Source: Octopus sinensis (Eukaryota). From it: 64,000 bases of DNA. Shown in pieces: positions 56,174 to 64,000 of the stretch. Below the pieces are notes generated by a model. That model saw only the letters and a list, made by a program, of their open reading frames with translations. It was not told where the DNA came from and did no database searches. The first letter of the stretch is position 1, and every line of letters begins with the position of its first letter. The position numbers and the translations under genes are program-made. Location: contig NC_042998.1 of assembly GCF_006345805.1 (NCBI RefSeq), forward strand, positions 78,306,001 through 78,370,000, given 5' to 3'.

Positions 56174-56279
56174 TGATCTGAGGAGGTTTCTTATGCACTA
56201 TGTGGTGCATTCTGTTCCTTTACATCGTTCCCTACTCACTAGGGAGCAGTGCAGAAGTAAGCCGAAACGATCGTTGTTC
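56174..56279 (+). ncRNA. Hammerhead motif with extended, branched helix II
   Basis: GAT CTGAGGA GGTTT CTTATGCACT...AGTGCAGAAG T AAGCC GAAAC GATC GT T GTT; intact core, weak helix I. Confidence 0.65.
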
Positions 56280-56343
56280 TAAATAAAACTTCCAATACGC
56301 TCTGTACTCCGTATTAATTATTTAGAAATATATATATATATAT

Positions 56344-56846
56344 ATCGTGAAGTATATTTGCCACCTAAATGTGACTAACCCAGAAGGGTTAATGCTACTG
56401 TAGCTTGTAGCCCCAAGAAGACATCTCCTCCAGCTTGTTATTGACACACTTTCTATGCCTTATCAGTATTTGCAAAGGGAAGTCACCTTTCCCATCTCCA
56501 GCTTGATGTGATACACACGGACCCGAGTTACTGGGTACTGACCCGTCATCAGCGTGTGACAACCACCGGTTGGCGATGGGAAGTGGTTCTCAATGCAAAC
56601 ATGTATATACTTTTTCCAGTGACGAAAAGTCACTGATCTCGAAAAAGTGGAAACAAGCAATAATAAATCTCTGAGCGAGGTATAAGCAGGAGCTGTACTA
56701 CATCGTGAAGTATATTTGCCACCTAAATGGGGCTAGCCCTTAATGGTTAATGCTACTGTAGCTTGTAGCACCGAGAGGACACTTCCTCTAACTGGCTATT
56801 GACACACTTTCTGTGCCCTGTCAGTATTTGCAAAGGGACGTCATCT
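56344..56846 (-). mobile_element. ~1.4 copies of a 358-bp tandem unit carrying an HHR (retrozyme-like or PLE pLTR)
   Basis: ATCGTGAAGTATATTTGCCACCTAAAT at 56344 and 56702; HHR at 56514-56558. Confidence 0.7.
56514..56558 (-). ncRNA. Type-I hammerhead (A13U substitution)
   Basis: Minus: CACACG CTGATGA C GGGT cagt ACCC A GTAAC TCGG GT C CGTGTG; perfect 6-bp helix I. Confidence 0.75.
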
Positions 56847-56848
56847 TA

Positions 56849-57091
56849 TGCAGCGTGGAAGGTGCTTATAAGTCATTTAAAAAAAAAAAGTTAGATTCAA
56901 TATTTAAATTTAATTTGTCAAAATATTTTCGTCGCCGCGACCTGTTCATTGGCAAAATCTGAGATGCAGCACGAAATTTTGTCAGTGAACAGGTCACGTT
57001 CTCAAAGCGACGAAAATATTTTGACAAATTAAATTTAAATGTTGAAGTGAATCTATCGGTTTTTGTGTTTTAAAATGGCTTCCACGCTGCA
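56849..57091. repeat. Fold-back inverted repeat with a variant-core HHR in each arm
   Basis: TGCAGCGTGGAAG...CTTCCACGCTGCA ends; centre ~56965. Confidence 0.88.
56979..57027 (+). ncRNA. Hammerhead ribozyme, G3-C8 compensatory core variant
   Basis: TTGTCA GTGAACA G GTCAC gttctcaaa GCGAC GAA AATATT T TGACAA. Confidence 0.65.
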
Positions 57092-57163
57092 ATTGTTTTT
57101 GTTTCAGTACACGATCTCAGATCAGGTCACTTACTATGCAAGTACATCTCTGTAATACACACA

Positions 57164-57225
<62 letters not shown>

Positions 57226-57311
57226 TATTAAATTAGAGATAAAACCACTATTAGGCGAATCAAATATACATATAGTCCTCTGCTAGTATTCTAAACTATT
57301 TATTTATTTAG

Positions 57312-57557
57312 TTTACTATTGCTCCGTTAAGGTAAGATCAGCAATAAAGGTACTCCATCTCGTGAAAGATAAATATTTAATGTACACTTGCTACTGTGAC
57401 ACGCTTTTAGTCAGCTTTTTATAAGTCTCACTGGTAAGAAACTATTAGTTGCTCTTACTATAATACAGTGTACATTAGATGATATTCATCTTTCATGAGA
57501 TAGTGTCTTCCTTTTGTTTTCATATTTTGTTGATTCGACCTTAACGGAACAGTAAAT
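57312..57557. repeat. Diverged inverted repeat (~80-bp arms)
   Basis: CCGTTAAGGT...ATCTCGTGAAAGATAAATATTTAATGTACAC pairs with GTGTACATTAG...ATCTTTCATGAGAT...ACCTTAACGG. Confidence 0.75.
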
Positions 57558-57762
57558 TACACTTCAACACGTGGTTTGCTACTGCCAATTAATCAATTAA
57601 TGATTATATATATATATATATATCTTCAGCATATCTCGTGTCTCGAGATGTGCTGAAGATTTTCTATTTTGGATATATTTGGATATATACTAAGGTCTGC
57701 TCAGGACTTAGTGCTTGCTTTTTCCATGAGTATGAGTAGGTATTTCATTTATGTCTTACGTA

Positions 57763-57820
57763 TTTATCGCTGATGAGGAGAAAATTCTTATGAATTAACT
57801 CTGAAATTGGGACCAATAAA
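57763..57820 (+). ncRNA. Degenerate hammerhead
   Basis: TTTATCG CTGATGA GGAG...CTCT GAAA TTGGG A C CAATAAA; helix I 6/7 bp, U16.1 mutated. Confidence 0.55.
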
Positions 57821-57951
57821 ATAGTTTATAAAATGTGAGTATATGTAAGTGTTCATGGATACGAATTCAGAGAATAAACATTTAAACTGATTGGGCTAAT
57901 ACTTTTAAAATAACGATGTACAGTGGGATAAAATGGAGACTGAACGTGACG

Positions 57952-58017
<66 letters not shown>

Positions 58018-58155
58018 CGTCACGTTCAGTCTCCATTTTATCCCACTGTACATCGTTATTTTAAAAGTATTAGCCCAATCAGTTTTAAATGTTTATTCTC
58101 TGAATTCGTATCCATGAACACTTATATATACTCACATTTTATAAACTATTTTATT
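57815..58155. repeat. Near-perfect tail-to-tail inverted repeat (~140-bp arms) around (TA)n
   Basis: About 2 differences between arms; mirrored ORFs 57853-58053(-) and 57916-58218(+). Confidence 0.95.
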
Positions 58156-59443
58156 CTGTATTATTACAACTATTTGACCAGTTACGTGAAGATACTTTTT
58201 TCGGCTTCAATAAAATAGTATGTGCGTGTGTGTGTATGTATATAAATGTGTGTGTATGTATATATTTGTGTATGTGTGTATGTGAGTGTATATATATGTA
58301 TATACGCTTCTATATATATATATATGTGTGTGTGTGTATGTGTGTATATATATGTGTGTGTGTATATATATATGTGTGTATATATGTGTGTGTGTATATA
58401 TATATATGTGTGTGTGTGTATATATATATGTATGTGTGTGTGCACATATACGTGTGTGTGTGTATAAGTGTGTGTGCGTGTGTGCGTGTGTGTGTGCATA
58501 TGTATATATATTATAAAGTTAGTGTCGAGCCCTTAGGTGCATAGTCTGAAAGTACAAGACTATACTCTAAACACGTAAGACACTAGTTTGCTGCTGCGAT
58601 AGCTGCCTATCTGCGACTGGTAGTCTTTTACAGCTGAGTGGACTGAGGCAACACTGCCCTGTTCGAAAATTGAAACTTCGAACCAACGATAGCGTGCCGA
58701 AGAAACCAACCGTTACGCCGTTTGCATATATAGTACTACATTTTCTAATGAATTCTTCCCTGATATAGTAGAGTAGGACATGGTTTGAAAACTGGCTTGT
58801 ATATCCTAATGGCCTCACACCAGCGCACCGATCTTGCACCGTTGGTTTGAAGTAAATTTTGTCTTTGCTATACAGTCCCGTTATAGTCAGCTGTAGCTGA
58901 AAAAATACGCCCCCCCCCCCATCTTTTATTTAAGAATATGATTTGTGAGAGTTTTGGCTTCTATTTTCGACAGACTGAGCAACAATTGAATTCTTTTTTC
59001 TGTGTTTACCGAAGCCAAATATTTCTGATGATAAAAGTGTTTGCAAAAAATACAATATGTATGTTATAATATTTGTGTAAATATAAATATATCAAACAAA
59101 TCTAGAACATGTAAAAGAAAGGTGCGCAATCGTACAGAAAAAAAAAAGAAATCTATTTATTTTTAATTAATTTTTAATTTGAAATTCGGTTTTCCTCTCA
59201 ATCCATTAACATATTTCGTTCGGTAAACATTAGCAAAATATTTTGATGTCAGAAAATACATATAACTGTAAATTATGCATTGCTTCATAGATCGTCGAAA
59301 TAGTTCAGTTGAGTGAGAGAGCATGAAACTGCAAGTTTCTCGTTAAATGCCGCGTTTCAGCATATTGAGAAAAAGCTCCTATATTCTAAAAAAATATATA
59401 TTTCTGATCAAATATTCTATGAATGCGTATGCATGTGTGTGCA

Positions 59444-59496
<53 letters not shown>

Positions 59497-59769
59497 AAGA
59501 GAGTGAGAAAGATTGTAAAGATCAAGTTGACTGTAACTTCAAATTTCGCCTCTCGACTTATTCAAAGTAGTGCCTTTTTCTGTTTACACTTATCAAACTT
59601 ATCCCATATATTAAATTTCTTATTACTTACTCAAAAAATTGTTAATGCCATTGAGTAATTCCATAGTCTTTATTAGCAGACAGATTTTATAGTATATAGT
59701 TTCATCTATATACCATATATTTCAACTTGAAAATCTAATATGTAATAACTACAAATGAGAATATTATAT

Positions 59770-60900
59770 GCACACAGAGTGACCTACAGAGGGTATACTT
59801 ACTTTAACAGCTGTTAATTCACTTAATTTTCGTTTCTTTTGAGATTTAAACATTAGAAATAATTAAATGCGTCAGACTAAGCTTTGAACAAAAGAAATTT
59901 CTGTTAAAGTGCCACTGGAAGTTTGAAAATACAGTAGAACTACAAGGACAATTTAGGTGGGAGTTCCAAATACATCCACTAACGCGACTTACCATAACTT
60001 GAATTAGAGATACGTTTGAAGCGGATGGCACAGTTCAGAATGTCTACGAGAAACGTTGCGATATACCGCGGATATCGACAAGCCCTACAAAGCAAGAAAG
60101 AGTTCTAGAAACGTACTGATAGAGTTCAAGAAAATCCGTGCAGCAAATAAGTCGTGAGACAAGGATCTCAAAATCGAGCGAGAATCGCATTTTGAAGCAG
60201 TCATTGAAAAAGATACATTTCAGGAATAGCTCTTGCTCTCAATGAACATTAGACCTGGATCTAAGAGAGTGATTTTGCGTAAAGTACTTGGCAAGACATC
60301 TAGATGGACACATTCTAACAAAGAATGTTTGGAGTGATGAGGCTACATTTAAATAGATTAGCTCAATGAAGCATGGCAATTGCACATACTGGGAATCTGA
60401 GAATCTACATATTACGGAGGAGCATCCATGTTAATTTACCAGGAGTTATATCATGGATGCGACTCATCATCAAAAGGATTGATTCGACCATTCTTTGTTG
60501 GCGGTACTATAACTGATTCCATTTACTTGAACTTGTTGCAACAACTTGTCATACCGATCATTCAAGAGGACTTTGAAGATGTGGAATTTTATTCTCAGCA
60601 AGATGGGGTGCACCCCTCTCTACCACTTTAATATAAGTGCCTACCCTGATGGATTTTTCCAAGTGAGTGGATTGGACGAAAAGTTTCAGTCGAAAACCCT
60701 GTACATTCAGCAGATTTCACACCGCAAACCGTTTTTTTTTTTTCATTGCTTCGCGTTATTAACCAGTACTGAACCAGTACGATCATCAGTTTGAAAACAC
60801 GTTCATAAAAATTTATTAGATACTATTTGTAGATTCTACTAAATTTTGCAAATTAAATATATCTTAATAAACAATGACATTTTCATTCAGTTTTGTGTAT
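59770..60900 (+). mobile_element. Tc1/mariner-superfamily transposase pseudogene
   Basis: [72 protein letters not shown]; stops and frameshifts. Confidence 0.88.
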
Positions 60901-61469
60901 ACTTTTTTAGAAATATATACACATACACGCATACTATTTAAGAAGTTAAATGTTTTCTTATAAACCCTATAAGACGATAACATTTTATCTCTTTTAGAAT
61001 AAAAATGTTGCACAAGTCAGTTCATTTTCATGATACGTTGTACCTGATAAGGTACTGTTCTATTCTGATCATACTAAACCTTCTCACCCCTTTTGCGTTT
61101 ATTTTTTATTGCTTATGTTCTACAGTCGCTCTAATTTTATCATCAACCAACTCTCCAACTGACTTATCTGTTTAATCTATTTCTTAAACTTTAAACACTT
61201 TATTGACTTCTAAACTTTGCTTACTGCCTTGAGGAAATGTTTTTTAAAAATCCTTTCGCTAAATGTTTTTTTTTTAAATACTAAGACCCAACTCACACGC
61301 TCCATTCTCTTGATGAAAATTTTCTCTTTATTTGTAAACACGAGTAGGAAATTTTCTTTCGCTGTTTAAACAAGCTCATAGGCAAAATTTGAAGTACCCG
61401 TCAACTCGATCTTCACAATAAATCTAACTTTACTACCGAGGTAGAGCTACACCAATAGTAAATATTTAA

Positions 61470-61575
61470 TTGTGCATTATTTACATTATTTGCATTTATA
61501 CCCTCCAGCCTTCATCAGGTGTCTTGAGGAAATTTCGAACCAAGGTTTTCATTCCTAAGGTATTTTTCGATGTTA
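61470..61575 (-). mobile_element. Truncated copy of the HHR-bearing PLE fragment at 6080-6200
   Basis: TATACCCTCCAGCCTTCATCAGGTGTC...CATTCCTAAGGTATT shared; GAAAC half missing. Confidence 0.7.
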
Positions 61576-61616
<41 letters not shown>

Positions 61617-61641
61617 GTTATTATTATTGTTATTACTATTA

Positions 61642-61745
<104 letters not shown>

Positions 61746-61772
61746 GTTATTATTGTTATTATTGTTATTGGT

Positions 61773-62026
61773 GGTGACCCCCTTCGGTCAAACACTGACC
61801 ATGGGTTTGCACCTAGAGAGTTACCCTCTGAGGCACAAGTCTGGGCAAGGTTGTTTTATGGAAGACCAGCAGTCGCCCATGCATACCGGCCTCCCCTCTC
61901 CACGTCACAGATGTTGTCCAAGGGAAAGGCAACAGCCGATACAGCTTGGCACCTGTGACGTCTCAACTCATTTCTACAGCTGAGTGAACTGGAGCAACGT
62001 GAATAAAGTGTCTTGCTCAAGAACAC
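61773..62026 (-). mobile_element. SINE family C, 5'-truncated, within (ATT)n
   Basis: Reverse complement of 11320-11515. Confidence 0.85.
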
Positions 62027-62055
62027 TATTGTTATTATTATTATCATTATTATTA

Positions 62056-62103
<48 letters not shown>

Positions 62104-62125
62104 CATTATTATCATTATTATTATT

Positions 62126-62686
62126 GAGTGAGTGAGAGAGCAGTGCATGCTATCAAAGTGACACTGGGGTAAAAATTACGAAGCCCAGTATACCCATCAT
62201 GACTACCCGTCTGATAAGGGTACACTAAGCACATGCATCACAACCATATGTGCGCAACATGATGATCTCATATCAAGATAAACAGCACATGACCTTGCAG
62301 GTGGGGCCCAGTTACAATTTTATTCTGGTCGAGTAACCCATCCCGCTCAAAAGGTTCCTGAGTAAGGGTTGTTTAAGGATGTTGAACGAAACACCCATGT
62401 TCCCAGAGGTTAATTATCCAAACCTCAAAGAATTCCTCTCAACACATGACTATTTTGATCCCTCACTCCTTCTGCTCGTGATCAGAGATGCACATATCGT
62501 CAGCCACTAAGGTACATGCTCAACTGGTTAAAGTCAAGCAACTGACAAGCATCTCTGTGGTATTGAGCAGAATATTTGCTGTAGCCCATCTTTTATACCA
62601 AGACAAAACAATGTACATGATAACACTTCCAATCAGTTAAGATGAGAAGCCACGAGAGTCACTGCCTCGTACTGCATCAGGACATT
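62126..62686. mobile_element. ~530-560-bp repeat embedded in (ATT)n, copy 2
   Basis: Colinear with 51860-52393. Confidence 0.85.
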
Positions 62687-62704
62687 TATTATTATTATTA
62701 TTAC

Positions 62705-62776
<72 letters not shown>

Positions 62777-62778
62777 CC

Positions 62779-62813
<35 letters not shown>

Positions 62814-63013
62814 TCTTGATATCACTGATATTATTGTTTTTATGTGTAGTAGCAGCAGTGGTTGCAGCAACAGTAACAACAACAGTAGGAGGGGTGGGTT
62901 AGTGGCACCTCTAAGTTGCGGTGACGTAAACAAGCTAATACTGCAATTTAGTGGTAAAAAAATTAATATATAGATATATATATATTATATATATATATAA
63001 TATATATATATAT

Positions 63014-63620
63014 ACTAGCAGGTAAGCCCGGTTTCAACCGGTCTGTTCGGATGATGTGGCTGTGATCATTTTCAGTTAGGCATAATCTATAACACCGTTT
63101 CTAAATCTTATCATTTCGGGTCCCCTGTTTCAATTGGAGCCTTCAGCTGTAGGAAAATTTCCTGACTCCCCACCCCCTTGTCAGAAAACAGCTTCAGGAG
63201 TTGTGAAGAACAAATTTGTACGTAGTCTGTTTCTGAGAGCTATTCTTCGGACTTCTGTCTAGTCATTAAAACATACATTAATCCCTATATTTGTAAGCAG
63301 TTGTATCCATAAAAAATTTTATTTACAGAGCAAAAATTGAAAGAAGATATATGAAATGGACACGTGTGTGTGTGTGTGTGCGTGTGTGTATGTATGTGTG
63401 TGTGTTGTGTGTGTTGTGTGTGTGTGTGTGTGCGTGTGTGTGTGTGCGTGTGTGTGTGTGCGTGCCCCTGTTGTGTGAGCAATTAGTTGTTTTAATGGCG
63501 GAACAAACAGGAGAATTTCATTAGAAAATTTTTAAACGAATTTCTCAGTGACTATGGGAGCTAGGAAAAAAATACAAACTGCATTCCAATCTATGCATCC
63601 GTCTCTATATGTGTGCCATT
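63014..63620 (-). mobile_element. Possible non-autonomous Helitron
   Basis: Minus end: CCGG ttgaaa CCGG hairpin, ~10 nt, then CTAG-T; distal boundary uncertain. Confidence 0.45.
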
Positions 63621-63739
63621 TTCCACACAAATCCTCCCGGCCATTTGGCTGTGAACCTCTAGACAAGAAAGAATGCAACGATCGCCCATGTCCAATTTAT
63701 ATTATATTATTATATATATATATATATATATATATAATA

Positions 63740-64000
63740 GGCGCAGGAGTGGCTGTGTGGTAAGTAGCTTGTTTACCAACCACATGGTTCCAGGTTCAGT
63801 CCCACTGCGTGGCACCTTGGGCAAGTGTCTTCTACTATAGCCTCGAGCCAACCAAAGACGTGTGAGTGGATTTGGTAGACGGAAACTGAAAGAAGCCCGT
63901 CGTATATATGTATATATATGTATGTGCATGTGTGTGTGTGTCTGTGTTTGTCCCCCTAGCATTGCTTGACAACCGATGCTGGTGTGTTTATGTCCCCGTC
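63740..64000 (+). mobile_element. SINE family B (runs off the window)
   Basis: Near-identical to 10209-10476. Confidence 0.92.

Noticed and set aside
56370-56415. Twister-like words CAGAAGGG TTAATG
   Set aside because: Explained by a simple hairpin (TAACCC/GGGTTA), not conserved in the second unit, and the pseudoknots could not be built

Overview
AT-rich eukaryotic, repeat-saturated non-coding DNA (intron or intergenic). The SINE families and microsatellite load look like a cephalopod (Octopus-like) genome; that is inferred from remembered repeat families, not from a search. I found no intact host gene, and nearly all ORFs in the track are microsatellite translations or decayed transposon frames. 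The window holds remnants of R4/Dong-like, CR1-like and RTE LINEs, several Penelope-like elements (PLEs; RT and GIY-YIG), Tc1/mariner, hAT (including MITEs with TSDs), a Helitron helicase and at least three tRNA-derived SINE families. The main non-obvious signal is about 12-15 minimal type-I hammerhead ribozyme (HHR) motifs on both strands, most with a palindromic helix III, often inside long fold-back inverted repeats next to (TA)n. Two families carry compensatory changes at the C3-G8 core pair (G3-C8 at ~57.0 kb, U3-A8 at ~34.6 kb). One HHR lies in a 358-bp tandem unit resembling a non-LTR retrozyme. All folds were derived by eye and need computational and in vitro confirmation.
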